A stretch of 64,000 bases of DNA from Cyanophyceae cyanobacterium. Its GTDB lineage: Bacteria; Cyanobacteriota; Cyanobacteriia; Cyanobacteriales; JBHJGN01. Location of the stretch: NCBI GenBank assembly GCA_050331735.1, contig JBHJGN010000037.1:52858-116857 (forward strand), written 5' to 3'. Positions 29,818-39,487 of the stretch are shown in pieces (positions within the stretch are counted from its first letter, which is position 1; every line of letters begins with the position of its first letter). The notes below the pieces were generated by a model. The model saw only the letters and a program-made list of their open reading frames with translations. It searched no databases and was not told the origin of the DNA. Position numbers and translations under genes: made by a program.

Positions 29818-30807
29818 ATGACAAAGGTTGCAATCAACGGCTTAGGAAGAATTGGCAGAGCTGCCTTTAAAATTATTCTTGACTCCCCCAAGCTTGAGCT
29901 AGTGGCCGTTAACGATTTAGTGCCGCCTGAAAATCTGGCTTACCTATTAAAATTCGATACCGTTTACGGACGCTATCACAAATCGGTAGACTACGACGAC
30001 AATAGCCTGAGCGTAGGTGGCAAAGAGTACAAAGTTTTTGGAGAAAAAGACCCTTCTAAACTTCCTTGGAAAGACTTAGACATTGATGTTGTCTTTGAAT
30101 GTACCGGAGTGTTTGATAAACGTGACGGGTTAGAAAAACATTTGCAGGCTGGGGCTAAGCAGGTTATTCTGTCTGCTCCGGCGAAAAGTGATGATATTGG
30201 TATGATTGTCTACGGAGTTAATCAAGAGCACTCCGATCCGGTTGTTTCCTGTGCGAGCTGTACCACGAACTGCATCTCTCCAGTCGTAGAAATTATCGGT
30301 CGTCGCGTGGGCATTAAAAAGGCAATTATGACGACGATTCACGCCTATACGGCTAGCCAAAGTATTGTCGATGGACCGAGTAAAAAGCTTCGTCGCGGAC
30401 GTGCCGGAGCGGCCAATCTCGTGCCGACTTCGACCGGAGCGGCGATCGCCACGACCAAAGTGCTCCCTCAGTATCAAAATCGGTTTGATGGGGTGGCTGT
30501 GCGATCGCCCGTTGCCGTTGGCTCAATTGCAGATATCACCTTTGTCACCGAGAAATCTGTTTCCCCAGACGAAATTAATCAAATTTTTCGCGAAGAAGCG
30601 CAGAGCGAAAAATATACGGGAGTGGTCGGCGTTTCGGATGAGCAGATCGTCTCGTCTGATATTATTCAAGACCCCCGCGCCTCAATTGTCGATTTAACCA
30701 TGACTCAAGTGGTTGACGGCGATTTGGTCAAAGTGATGAGCTGGTACGACAACGAGTGGGGCTACGCTAACCAAATGATTAGATATGCTCTTAACGGTCA
30801 TTCGTAG
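29818..30807 (+). CDS. gap: Type I glyceraldehyde-3-phosphate dehydrogenase
   Basis: INGLGRIGR, FECTG, SCASCTTNC, PTSTGAA, WYDNEWGY. RBS AAGGAG before ATG 29818. Confidence 0.95.
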   Translation: MTKVAINGLGRIGRAAFKIILDSPKLELVAVNDLVPPENLAYLLKFDTVYGRYHKSVDYDDNSLSVGGKEYKVFGEKDPSKLPWKDLDIDVVFECTGVFDKRDGLEKHLQAGAKQVILSAPAKSDDIGMIVYGVNQEHSDPVVSCASCTTNCISPVVEIIGRRVGIKKAIMTTIHAYTASQSIVDGPSKKLRRGRAGAANLVPTSTGAAIATTKVLPQYQNRFDGVAVRSPVAVGSIADITFVTEKSVSPDEINQIFREEAQSEKYTGVVGVSDEQIVSSDIIQDPRASIVDLTMTQVVDGDLVKVMSWYDNEWGYANQMIRYALNGHS

Positions 30808-30994
30808 ACAGTTGGGGAAACCAGAAAGAGGCAGAGGGAATCAACGATTCCCCGTTCCCTTTGACCCGAGAAGGAACGGGCTGATCGCAGCAGAAGCTTA
30901 CCGGGAAGACAACATCCGCAGGAGGATAGTCTCAACTGCCATCTCTCGAGTACAATCAGCCTAGTCAAGCGCCCGTGAATATTCCCTGACAATT

Positions 30995-31012
30995 TTTACA
31001 AATTTTTACAAA
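30995..31012 (+). promoter_or_regulatory. HLR1 (RpaB-type) direct repeat
   Basis: TTTACAAA-TT-TTTACAAA matches (G/T)TTACA(T/A)(T/A)-N2-(G/T)TTACA(T/A)(T/A). Confidence 0.5.
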
Positions 31013-31020
31013 AGAGAGTA

Positions 31021-31851
31021 ATGATTGAGTTTGGACAAGAACTAGCTAGACCGGTTACCCCCCTGGGCATTTTAGTCAAACAGCTTCACGAAACGGTAAA
31101 AATAGCTCAGTCGACGGAGGCTCATCCTCGGCTGACAGAATCGCTTCAGCAAGTCTACAGTTTAGCGGCTGGCTTAGATCCTTATTTAGACGAATGTACC
31201 ACCCCAGAGTCGTCTGCTCTAGTGAATCTCGACAGAAAAACGCGCGAGGAATCCTGGAACCAGCGCTTTTCTAATGGAGAAACCGTGCGTCATCTAGAGC
31301 AAGAAATGCTTTCAGGGCATTTAGAAGGACAAACGCTCAAAATGTTTGCCTACATGATGAGAGCAAAGCGGGTGCTAGAAATTGGCATGTTTACCGGATA
31401 CTCCGCCCTCGCCATTGCCGAAGCCCTGCCAGAGGATGGTAAAGTGATTGCCTGCGAAGTTGATCGCTACGTTTCTGAGTTTGCTCAAGCCTGTTTTGAC
31501 CGTTCTCCCCACGGCTATAAAATCTACATCGAAGTCAGACCCGCCCTCGAAAGCCTGCAAAAGCTGGCCGATGCTCGAGAAAGCTTTGAGCTTGTGTTTA
31601 TCGATGCTGACAAAAAAGAGTATGTAGACTACTTCAACCTCCTGCTTGAGGGAGACTTGTTAGCCCCGAACGGCGTAATCTGCGTTGATAACACGCTGCT
31701 GCAAGGACAGCCCTACCTTCCCCCCGGGCAGCGCAGCCCCAATGGAGAAGCGATCGCCCATTTCAACCGCGTCGTGGCCGACGACCCTAGGGTAGAGCAG
31801 GTTCTTCTGCCTCTCCGGGATGGCTTGACCGTTATTCGCCGCAAACAATGA
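31021..31851 (+). CDS. mysB: SAM-dependent O-methyltransferase, MysB-like (mycosporine-like amino acid biosynthesis)
   Basis: ARPVTPLGIL, LAAGLDPYL.ECTTPES, LEQEMLSGH.EGQTL are characteristic of MysB; LEIGMFTGYS, FIDADK, VDNTL. Confidence 0.8.
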   Translation: MIEFGQELARPVTPLGILVKQLHETVKIAQSTEAHPRLTESLQQVYSLAAGLDPYLDECTTPESSALVNLDRKTREESWNQRFSNGETVRHLEQEMLSGHLEGQTLKMFAYMMRAKRVLEIGMFTGYSALAIAEALPEDGKVIACEVDRYVSEFAQACFDRSPHGYKIYIEVRPALESLQKLADARESFELVFIDADKKEYVDYFNLLLEGDLLAPNGVICVDNTLLQGQPYLPPGQRSPNGEAIAHFNRVVADDPRVEQVLLPLRDGLTVIRRKQ

Positions 31852-31882
31852 ACAAGGTGAATCAACAAATCAGTGAATGGGG

Positions 31883-33511
31883 TCATTGCTTATTGTTTAT
31901 TGGTGACTGTTTGGCCACTGTCCACCAGGCGATCGCATAGGGTTGCGTAGCCTGATTCACTTGCTGGCGATACTGAACGCGAATTTTATAGCGTCCGGTG
32001 GCGGGAACGGGACAGAAAATATGCTCAACGCTGTCGGCTCGACTATAGGAGGCACAGGCGCTTCTCACTGGGTTTTCTTCGTCGAGGGGCATTAAATACA
32101 GGTCGAGGTTGTTCAAGCCGCGATCGCTAAATCGTTCTCCAATATCGAAGCGACCGTTGTCGTTGAGATCGACAAGCTCTACCACTCGATCCCAGGCTAG
32201 AGTAATGGCGGCAAAACTCCCTTGACGAAGCGGAGCCTCTAAGAGGTAGTCTTGGTGGGAGCGAGCCGCCACGGAGCGATAATCCCACCCTCGATTGGGA
32301 GCCGCATCGGGGTGGCCTTGGCCAGCACTGAAAAGCTGGTAGGCGCGGAGCACGTTGAGATGTCCCGTTCCCATCTGCATGTCGAGGGGAACTTTTTCGT
32401 TAATGTAGGCATCAGAATCGAGCCAGGTATCGTTGTGCTTGTTCAAAATGGTGCGGTTCATGCCAAGCATCAAACCGTCCCCACTGTCCTGGATTTTGTC
32501 TCCTGAAGTGAGTAACACCGCTTTCATAACTTCGTGCCGGCGAGAATCTAAACTCCAGTCTGGCCGAGATTGTTGCAGTTGGCGATCACCGTATTCTTGC
32601 AGGAGCGCCACCGAAGCCGTTACATGGGGAGCCGCAAAGCTGGTGCCGCTGACCTGACTAACTTTCCCACTGAGCGCTGGTAAAGAGATTTTGCTGCCAG
32701 GAGCAATTAGATTAATCGCGCGTCTTGCTCCCACGTTAATCTCTCGGGCTATTAAGCGCCGACCGATTCCTGTGGGTAAATCACTGAGGTTGGCAAAATC
32801 GACTTTTGTAAAGCTGCCTTGGCGCGTCGTGGTATAGGCAGCGGTAATGCCGTTGAAGTGATCGGTGGGAATGGGAATCCCCCCTTTGCCCTGGTTGCCA
32901 GCGATCGCGTACAGCACATCGTGAACTCGGGCTGACCAGTCTACACACTGGGTGAGCAGGGCATTGCCGTCTAGCTGAGCCTCTTTTCTAGAGTCTCTCT
33001 CCAAAGACTCGCCAAAGCTAAAGTTAATCGCTCGCACATCGCCGCTATTTTGCAGCGCTACATGCTGACTGGAGAGACATTCCTCCGGCTGTCCAGCTCG
33101 TCTGAGAGAACCTACGGCTGACGCATACAGCTTTGCCCCTGGGGCGACTCCTCGCAGGCGTTTATCTTGATTGACCATGACGGCAGCAACCATCGCGGCA
33201 TGATTGTCAACATTTTGGTTGGCAGCAGCCGGAGCATCGCGATAGAAAATACCGGCTAAGTTAATCGCTGGATTCCAAGATACGGCTTTATCGTAACCAA
33301 ATTTTCCCGGTCTACCGATTTCCACCTGACCGATGGCAATTTTACGACCTGTCAAATTGTAGGGAGCTTGATGGAGTTGGCGAGCATTAATGCCTTTGTC
33401 TCCAACAGAGTTTTCCAGAGCCGAAGCCGGAGCAAAAATTCCTGAAGCGGCTAAGCCCCAAGCTAACCATGCCAATTGTTTACTCATTGCTTTGAGAACG
33501 ACCGTAGCCAT
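31883..33511 (-). CDS. S8 (subtilisin-like) serine peptidase, exported
   Basis: Signal peptide; IAIGQVEIG, HAAMVA, AGNQG, SGTSFAAPHV. Confidence 0.88.
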   Translation of the reverse strand: MATVVLKAMSKQLAWLAWGLAASGIFAPASALENSVGDKGINARQLHQAPYNLTGRKIAIGQVEIGRPGKFGYDKAVSWNPAINLAGIFYRDAPAAANQNVDNHAAMVAAVMVNQDKRLRGVAPGAKLYASAVGSLRRAGQPEECLSSQHVALQNSGDVRAINFSFGESLERDSRKEAQLDGNALLTQCVDWSARVHDVLYAIAGNQGKGGIPIPTDHFNGITAAYTTTRQGSFTKVDFANLSDLPTGIGRRLIAREINVGARRAINLIAPGSKISLPALSGKVSQVSGTSFAAPHVTASVALLQEYGDRQLQQSRPDWSLDSRRHEVMKAVLLTSGDKIQDSGDGLMLGMNRTILNKHNDTWLDSDAYINEKVPLDMQMGTGHLNVLRAYQLFSAGQGHPDAAPNRGWDYRSVAARSHQDYLLEAPLRQGSFAAITLAWDRVVELVDLNDNGRFDIGERFSDRGLNNLDLYLMPLDEENPVRSACASYSRADSVEHIFCPVPATGRYKIRVQYRQQVNQATQPYAIAWWTVAKQSPINNKQ

Positions 33512-33809
33512 ATCATATCAGTATCCCCAAACCAGTCGCCATTGCAGACTCACAATCAAAAATGCTTTTCTCCTCGGGCCATAGGTTTAAGTCTTCCCGA
33601 TTCGTCTTCCTGCCGTCCCTCAGAGGTAGTAATTACCGCACTTTTTGAGCAAAAACTTGCAAAAGAGTAGTCTGCTGCGGTAAAACTATAGTAAGTGTGT
33701 AAAGACTTCCCGACTGTCTAAACTTCGATATCGGTAAAGCCTTTTTGGGAAGCAGAGCCTGCCAGTTATTTGCACAATTCATCAACTTTTAAGTAAATTT
33801 ATAGCATCT

Positions 33810-34028
33810 ATGACTAATACAGTTGCTCACCCGATGGTGAAGCTACAGCGCAAGGTGTCTTCTTTGGTAAAGGCAAAAGTTTTGAAGCCAAGCGACAGTA
33901 TCTGGAAAATCGCTCTACTGTATGGAGATAGCTGGGCATACTGGAAGCAAGAACTCCAGGAGTTTGGCTTTACAATGCAAGATCCGGTCAGTGAGTTACT
34001 CCTGGTAGAAGCCTGGGACGAGGAATAA
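33810..34028 (+). CDS. DUF4327 family protein
   Basis: HPMVKLQRKV.SLV...KPSDSIWKIALLYG..W..WKQEL.EF.F.MQDP...WDEE. Confidence 0.8.
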   Translation: MTNTVAHPMVKLQRKVSSLVKAKVLKPSDSIWKIALLYGDSWAYWKQELQEFGFTMQDPVSELLLVEAWDEE

Positions 34029-34230
34029 GCTGAACAGCCAGCCTCTGCAACGGTTTGGCCGCCGCCGTCTCACTGCCCCTCTAGCGCCCCGTCGCTATGC
34101 TCTTCTAAAGACGCTGCCAACCTCGGTCGGCCCCTCCGTAGAGCCGCGGCCTGGATTCTCCGAGGCGGAGTTCTTGATGACTCTCAGCGCCTTGCCAACG
34201 AAGCCAAGCGGAGTCGGCTTGGGGAGGTTG

Positions 34231-36072
34231 TTATCTGGAGGTAGGCTCTAGTTTGGGCTGCACCTTCACTCTAACAACGACGCCAGTCAGATTGTCGTGA
34301 CCATTGTGTTGGTCGGCAAAGTCTATCAGTTTGTGTAATCCCTGCTCCAAATTTGCTCTAGAACTGAGCAAAGGCAAGAGAGATTCATCGGCAGCTTCCA
34401 ACAGCTCGTTGTCAGACAGCCCATCAGAACAGAGCAGCAAAAGAGTATCCTCCGTGGCTTTAAAGAAATGAAGATCTGGTGACACAGATTGGCGATCGCT
34501 CGGTCCTAAGGCTTGAGTGAGCTGATAGGCATCAGGGCGCGAGTAAGCCGTTTCTGGCTCAACTCCTCGTAAAACTTCCTGCTGGCCAACGGTATGGTCT
34601 AACGTCAATTGCTCGACACCGCGACGAGTCACGCGGTAGATGCGACTGTCGCCAACAGTAGCAACCGCTATTTGAGTATTTTGGACTAGCGCCATTGCCA
34701 AAGTCGTTCCCATGCGCTGGTTGCCCGTTCGCCGATTCTCTTGGTTAACCTGATAGATCGTTTGATTGGCAAGTAAAATTCCCTCTTTAATGGCTTGGGC
34801 GCTCGGAAATTCCTCTTGCCAGTGAGTTTGAAAGTATTCCTGGAGGGTTTTGACAGCTAGTTTGCTAGCCAGCTCTCCGTCAATATGGCCGCCCATGCCG
34901 TCACAGACAATATATAGCCCGCGAGCCTGTACTGTCTGACCGTAACAGCTTTCTTGCTTCTGGCATGAGGTTTCGATCCAAAAATAGTCCTCGTTGCGAT
35001 CACGTTGACGACCCACATCTGTTGCTCCCGCATCGCAGAGGCTACGCAGCTCCATGGGCAAAACTACTGTGGGCATTTCGTCTTGGTTATCGTCTGGTGT
35101 CTCTAAGTCAGCCGAGAGAAAAGGGGCACTGCTAGCGGTCGTCGTGGGTTCCCCAGCTAGCTGGTTTAGCTGCGCTCGCAAGGAGTCTGCCTCCAGGCCA
35201 TTTTGAGCAGCCTGTACTAGCTCGAGGAGTTCTGGCTCGGTTCTTCCAGCCTGTTCTAACCAGGTTTGCCACATCTGCGCTAACTGAGTTAGGCTGGGAC
35301 GTTTGTTAGCAGGATCGCCATAGAGCTGCTGTAGGGCTAACGCTTGCTGTTCGTCAAGCCGCAGATTTGTGGCCACCAGCAGGCTTTGACAGCAGTTCTC
35401 CTCCGCTAAGAAGAACCAAAGCTGCACCATTCGCTCTAGATATCGGCAGATCTGTGATACAGACAATTGGGTGAACTCCTCTGTTAATAGCGACCACTGA
35501 GAGCGATCGCTAATCAGGACGACTTCTCTGGCTTCTTCTCGCCAAGCATCCTGAATCTCTGGAATGGTGGGAAACTGTTCCTGAAGGTTGATGTATAGTA
35601 GAGCACTTTGGGGCAAGTTGCCCCGCAATCCTTCATCGTTATCGGTTGCTAACTGCTCTTCAAGAAGATCTAACTGCTCTTCTAGTCTAGTTTTCTGCCA
35701 CGGCTGCAGGTCTGTTACTTGACAGCCAAAACTGTTTTTAGACTTAATATCAAGGCTGTTTCCGTTGGCTAAAAGTCGATAACGCTTTTGAGAGTCTAGA
35801 TAAGTTTCATCGTAACCGGGCTCCGATGTCGTTGTTTGCGCTCTAGAACTCTGAGCGGAATTGGATAATTGTTCTTCTAGTGGCACTGAAGACTCGCCCA
35901 TTGTTTCTTCTGATTGAGCTTGCTTAAAGCCGCTGGAACTTGTTCCGGCAGAACTCTGAGAAATTGCCCACCATACGTTATCCATATTCATCTGTCGAAC
36001 CACATTAGATTTTTTTGACAAGACGCGATCGCAATCCGCCTGCTGAATTCGACCGCTTAACGGGAAGCCCAA
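34231..36072 (-). CDS. PP2C-type serine/threonine phosphatase with long N-terminal region
   Basis: TDVGRQRDRNED, VCDGMGGH, MGTT, VGDSR, LTQALG, CSDGL, GHDNLT. Start uncertain (ATG at 35991 plausible). Confidence 0.9.
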   Translation of the reverse strand: MGFPLSGRIQQADCDRVLSKKSNVVRQMNMDNVWWAISQSSAGTSSSGFKQAQSEETMGESSVPLEEQLSNSAQSSRAQTTTSEPGYDETYLDSQKRYRLLANGNSLDIKSKNSFGCQVTDLQPWQKTRLEEQLDLLEEQLATDNDEGLRGNLPQSALLYINLQEQFPTIPEIQDAWREEAREVVLISDRSQWSLLTEEFTQLSVSQICRYLERMVQLWFFLAEENCCQSLLVATNLRLDEQQALALQQLYGDPANKRPSLTQLAQMWQTWLEQAGRTEPELLELVQAAQNGLEADSLRAQLNQLAGEPTTTASSAPFLSADLETPDDNQDEMPTVVLPMELRSLCDAGATDVGRQRDRNEDYFWIETSCQKQESCYGQTVQARGLYIVCDGMGGHIDGELASKLAVKTLQEYFQTHWQEEFPSAQAIKEGILLANQTIYQVNQENRRTGNQRMGTTLAMALVQNTQIAVATVGDSRIYRVTRRGVEQLTLDHTVGQQEVLRGVEPETAYSRPDAYQLTQALGPSDRQSVSPDLHFFKATEDTLLLLCSDGLSDNELLEAADESLLPLLSSRANLEQGLHKLIDFADQHNGHDNLTGVVVRVKVQPKLEPTSR

Positions 36073-36297
36073 GATAAAAACGCAGTCTCCTAGAGCAGGT
36101 ATGCAGGTATCGCTGAACAGGCGTTAGAATCGCTGTTGCAAGAGCGCCGTGTGTGCTATCAGTAGTATGCCCGTCCGGGGGAAAAAAACATCAAACCGCA
36201 GCAAAATGCGCTGTCAGCGTAGTTGTTTGACCAACTGAGGCGACAGTCCACAGCAAATAGCCTGGGGAAAAGGCAATCAAGTATCCACCCCAGAGAA

Positions 36298-36981
36298 TTA
36301 CAGCGAGTCTCCACGTCCTGTCAAGCTTTTTTGCGAGGGCTGTAGGTAAATTTGCCGAATATCTTCAGGGATTCCGGCTTGAAGTGCTTGATATCCCTGG
36401 TCCACGTAACTTTGAATATCTTCTGGGGTTACTCCTGATGGAAGATGTGGGATGATTTGTTCGTTGCTCCAGCCGAATTTGTTGCTCATTACCAACACAA
36501 AGCGCTGTCTCGGTGGCAGTTGCTCTAGCGAGCGGTCAACGTAACACCATAGCGGCGGTGATATGGCTAGCTCGTCGCGAATGAGTTCATCCTCGAGATG
36601 AGGGTGCTGAATGAAGGTGGCGGCTGTATGAATCAGCCAATGTTGAAAAGAATCGAAAGTGGTTTGGTCTTCTCGCATTTGGGAGAAAATGCGTTGCCAC
36701 GTTAGCGCATGCAGGTAATGTGCCTGTTGGGCAGAGTGGGCGGCTGAAGCGACTAAAACGTACAGGGTCGAACTGTAGCGGCAAAAAATGGCGGTGAAGT
36801 ACTTTCCTTGTTGCGGATAGCGCTCAAATAACGCTAGCAGTTCGCGATCACTATAGTGAGACAGCGACTGAATTAGGGGATGTGAGGATTCCGAAAACTG
36901 GGGAATTTGCACGAGAGAGCGATTAGCTTTGTTGAGTGAGGAACAGAACGCCGTTACTTCCTGGCGCAACTGCGTCTTCAT
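36298..36981 (-). CDS. Sigma-70/ECF-like domain protein (conserved cyanobacterial)
   Basis: SDRELL.LF...GKYFTAIFCRY, PPLWCY, LEQLPPRQRFVL region-4-like segment. Confidence 0.65.
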   Translation of the reverse strand: MKTQLRQEVTAFCSSLNKANRSLVQIPQFSESSHPLIQSLSHYSDRELLALFERYPQQGKYFTAIFCRYSSTLYVLVASAAHSAQQAHYLHALTWQRIFSQMREDQTTFDSFQHWLIHTAATFIQHPHLEDELIRDELAISPPLWCYVDRSLEQLPPRQRFVLVMSNKFGWSNEQIIPHLPSGVTPEDIQSYVDQGYQALQAGIPEDIRQIYLQPSQKSLTGRGDSL

Positions 36982-36996
36982 CGTCGATATTTAAGT

Positions 36997-37016
36997 TAGC
37001 CTATAATTATAGGCTA
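36997..37016. promoter_or_regulatory. Perfect 20-bp palindrome carrying TATAAT on both strands between divergent genes
   Basis: TAGCCTATAA|TTATAGGCTA. Confidence 0.55.
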
Positions 37017-37077
37017 CATATTCTATCTGTCCCAACGGGCCAGCTTTTCGTTCCTGCTCGCAATTTTACTTTGGTCT

Positions 37078-37662
37078 ATGACTCTAGCAGTAAACTTTAA
37101 TTTAGCTATCCCATCCCATCTTGCCGCTTTTTTTCCAGCGCTAGATAGTTTATTTTCCACTCAGGGCATTATGGTCATGTTACTGGCTGCCTACGCCGTG
37201 GCGATGTGGATGTTTCTCACTAGCGCCCCTAAGGTACACACCGTCATGGTATCTGATCTTAAAGTAGCTCAGCAGTTTTATGAAGGTTTACTCGATTTGC
37301 CAGTTGCCGATGTTCCTTTAAGTTATTACTACAATTATGAGCAAACTATGGGGGCTGGTAGTCTCGATCCTCTTTATCTGTCTACGAGTCCGAATGTAAC
37401 GACAGCCGCTGGTCCAAACGGTTCAGAGGGACTTTGGTATCAGCTTAAAAAGAATACTCAGCTCCACGTGATTGCCGGAGCCAGCATCGGTCGCAAAGAG
37501 CGTCAAAGACACGTTTGCTTCGACCGCGATTGTTTAGAGGAACTGTTGCTCAGAGTCCAATCCAGACGATTAAAGTACAAAATTCGCCGGAATAAACCTC
37601 TGAACTTTCTGGTCAAAGACTACGAAGAACGAGTTATTGAGATGGCAGAGGTGTCCAACTAA
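37078..37662 (+). CDS. VOC/glyoxalase-like domain protein
   Basis: VHTVMVSDL..AQQFYEGLL, LWYQL, QLHVI, RHVCF; N-terminal TM segment. Confidence 0.78.
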   Translation: MTLAVNFNLAIPSHLAAFFPALDSLFSTQGIMVMLLAAYAVAMWMFLTSAPKVHTVMVSDLKVAQQFYEGLLDLPVADVPLSYYYNYEQTMGAGSLDPLYLSTSPNVTTAAGPNGSEGLWYQLKKNTQLHVIAGASIGRKERQRHVCFDRDCLEELLLRVQSRRLKYKIRRNKPLNFLVKDYEERVIEMAEVSN

Positions 37663-38393
37663 GGCAACGCTAGGCACTGAAAAATCATCAGGTGTTGTTG
37701 CGGTAACGCTTTTGTTTCCTGCCACGTCAACCCAACTGCCGCCATCTCTTTTTTAGCCTGCTTTTCGGTCATCTTATGGAGAGCTTTGATGGGAATGAGG
37801 GGATTTTCCCGTCGATACTCAACCAGAGCCACTTTCCCCTCTGGTTTAAGGGTCTTCACAACTTGCTCCATCATTTCTCTAGGATATTCAAATTCGTGGT
37901 AGGCATCTACCATCAGCACCCAATCTACACTGCTAGGAGGAAGATGGGGATTTTTGAGGCTGCCCAGGACTGTGGTAACGTTCTCAACGCGATTGTCTTT
38001 TAAAAACTCAATCGCGTTCAGCATTTCTGGCTGAATATCAACCGCAAAGACTTTTCCCTGGGGTACAAGGGGAGCCAGGCGAAAGCTAAAATAGCCGGTT
38101 CCAGCACCCAGGTCAGCGACGACATCAGTCGGTTTAAGCTCAAGAGACTCAACCACTCGTTCAGGCTGTTCAGTAGATTCTCGACTTGGACGTTCTAACC
38201 ACAGCATCTCTTGATGTCCCATTACTTGAGCAATCTCTCGTCCCAGATAAAATTTGCCAATGCCGTCTCGGCTATGGATAGCTCGTTCCTGATAGTATTG
38301 GCCGACATCGGTTGCTACTGGGGAAATCCTAAAGCTCATCACCCCCAGCAGCAAGATGGTGCAAGCCGCCGCTACTCCATAAAAATATTTCAT
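37659..38393 (-). CDS. Class I SAM-dependent methyltransferase
   Basis: VADLGAGTGY, AVDIQPEM, VDAYHEF. Confidence 0.88.
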   Translation of the reverse strand: MKYFYGVAAACTILLLGVMSFRISPVATDVGQYYQERAIHSRDGIGKFYLGREIAQVMGHQEMLWLERPSRESTEQPERVVESLELKPTDVVADLGAGTGYFSFRLAPLVPQGKVFAVDIQPEMLNAIEFLKDNRVENVTTVLGSLKNPHLPPSSVDWVLMVDAYHEFEYPREMMEQVVKTLKPEGKVALVEYRRENPLIPIKALHKMTEKQAKKEMAAVGLTWQETKALPQQHLMIFQCLALP

Positions 38394-38543
38394 ATCCTGG
38401 GTTTTTTGACGACGGTTTTCTCGATCCGTTTAACTATGGTAAAAAGAGTCAAGCAGGGAAATTTTCGTCTCTGGTGAATCCCTTTGTGCTGGTATGCTTC
38501 CCAGTTAAAGGGAAGTCAATCCGCTGCTAACTGAGTGAAACAA

Positions 38544-39008
38544 ATGATGGCCAATCGAGTGAGAGTTGCGAAAGATAAAGCCGAATTAGTACAGAGTTTG
38601 ATCGCAACGAATAATCCTCATAGTCCTTTTCAAACCTATGCAGATGTGTTGGCGTTTGCGGCAGCTATCGGGGCAAAATACCACAAGCAGGTGCCTCTAG
38701 AGAGCGTATCTACCCATGAACCGGGTCCAGTCAGCTTAGACGTATTTATTTCTCGCGGGTACGACTTAACGCTCAAGCTATTGGCAATCGCTCATACTCG
38801 CGATCTTCAAGTCCTCGCCGTTCTCGATCCAGAAGCGGAAGAACGCAGAACGGCTATTTTTGAAGAATACGCTAACGGCGGACTAGAATGGTTGCGGGAT
38901 GAGTTAAGAGGGGCCGTTGATTACTCTGAAAGGCTATTACTAATTCTGAACAAAGAACGACTTGACCCAAATTCTCAAGCAGAATTTGATCTGAGTCGTT
39001 TTTTGTAG
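38544..39008 (+). CDS. DNA phosphorothioation-associated protein 4
   Basis: NRVRVAKDKAELV, FQTYADV..FAAA.G, IFEEYANGGL, EFDLSRFL. Confidence 0.75.
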   Translation: MMANRVRVAKDKAELVQSLIATNNPHSPFQTYADVLAFAAAIGAKYHKQVPLESVSTHEPGPVSLDVFISRGYDLTLKLLAIAHTRDLQVLAVLDPEAEERRTAIFEEYANGGLEWLRDELRGAVDYSERLLLILNKERLDPNSQAEFDLSRFL

Positions 39009-39182
39009 ATGTTAGTCCATCGTTCAGACAAGCTCAGCTTAGGATAGAGGAAAAGACAGGAAAAAAGCTCTCTGTTTCTCCTTTACTCTTTACCCCCTTA
39101 GAGTGAGTCCTCTATTAGGGAGCCGTCACTAACGCTCGACGCTCAGATGTTCGTTAACCTCATGACTATGACTGGCTCACTG

Positions 39183-39419
39183 TCAAAACTTACTCAAATC
39201 TAGACCCGCTTCATTAGCCATTGCCTGTAAACCTTTCTTTTCTAGGGTTTTAATGGCTTTAGTAGAAAGGCGTAGTTTGACCCAGCGATTGCCTTCTGGC
39301 CACCAAACTCTTTTCGACTGAAGATTCGGCTGCTGGAGTCTTTTGGTGCGGCGGTGAGAGTGAGAGATAGAGAAAGCATTGTTAGCCTTCTTCCCGGTGA
39401 GCTGACATCGACGAGACAT
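39183..39419 (-). CDS. rpmB: 50S ribosomal protein L28
   Basis: [33 protein letters not shown]. Confidence 0.97.
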   Translation of the reverse strand: MSRRCQLTGKKANNAFSISHSHRRTKRLQQPNLQSKRVWWPEGNRWVKLRLSTKAIKTLEKKGLQAMANEAGLDLSKF

Positions 39420-39487
39420 GATTATTTCCTGTTAACCAATAACTTATTGATTGTAGCTGATGAGCCAAATAAATGAGAGGCGATCGC

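Noticed and set aside
34030..34230. GC-rich spacer between convergent genes as an ncRNA or small gene
   Set aside because: Several frames are open but there is no convincing start, motif or fold beyond one small hairpin.
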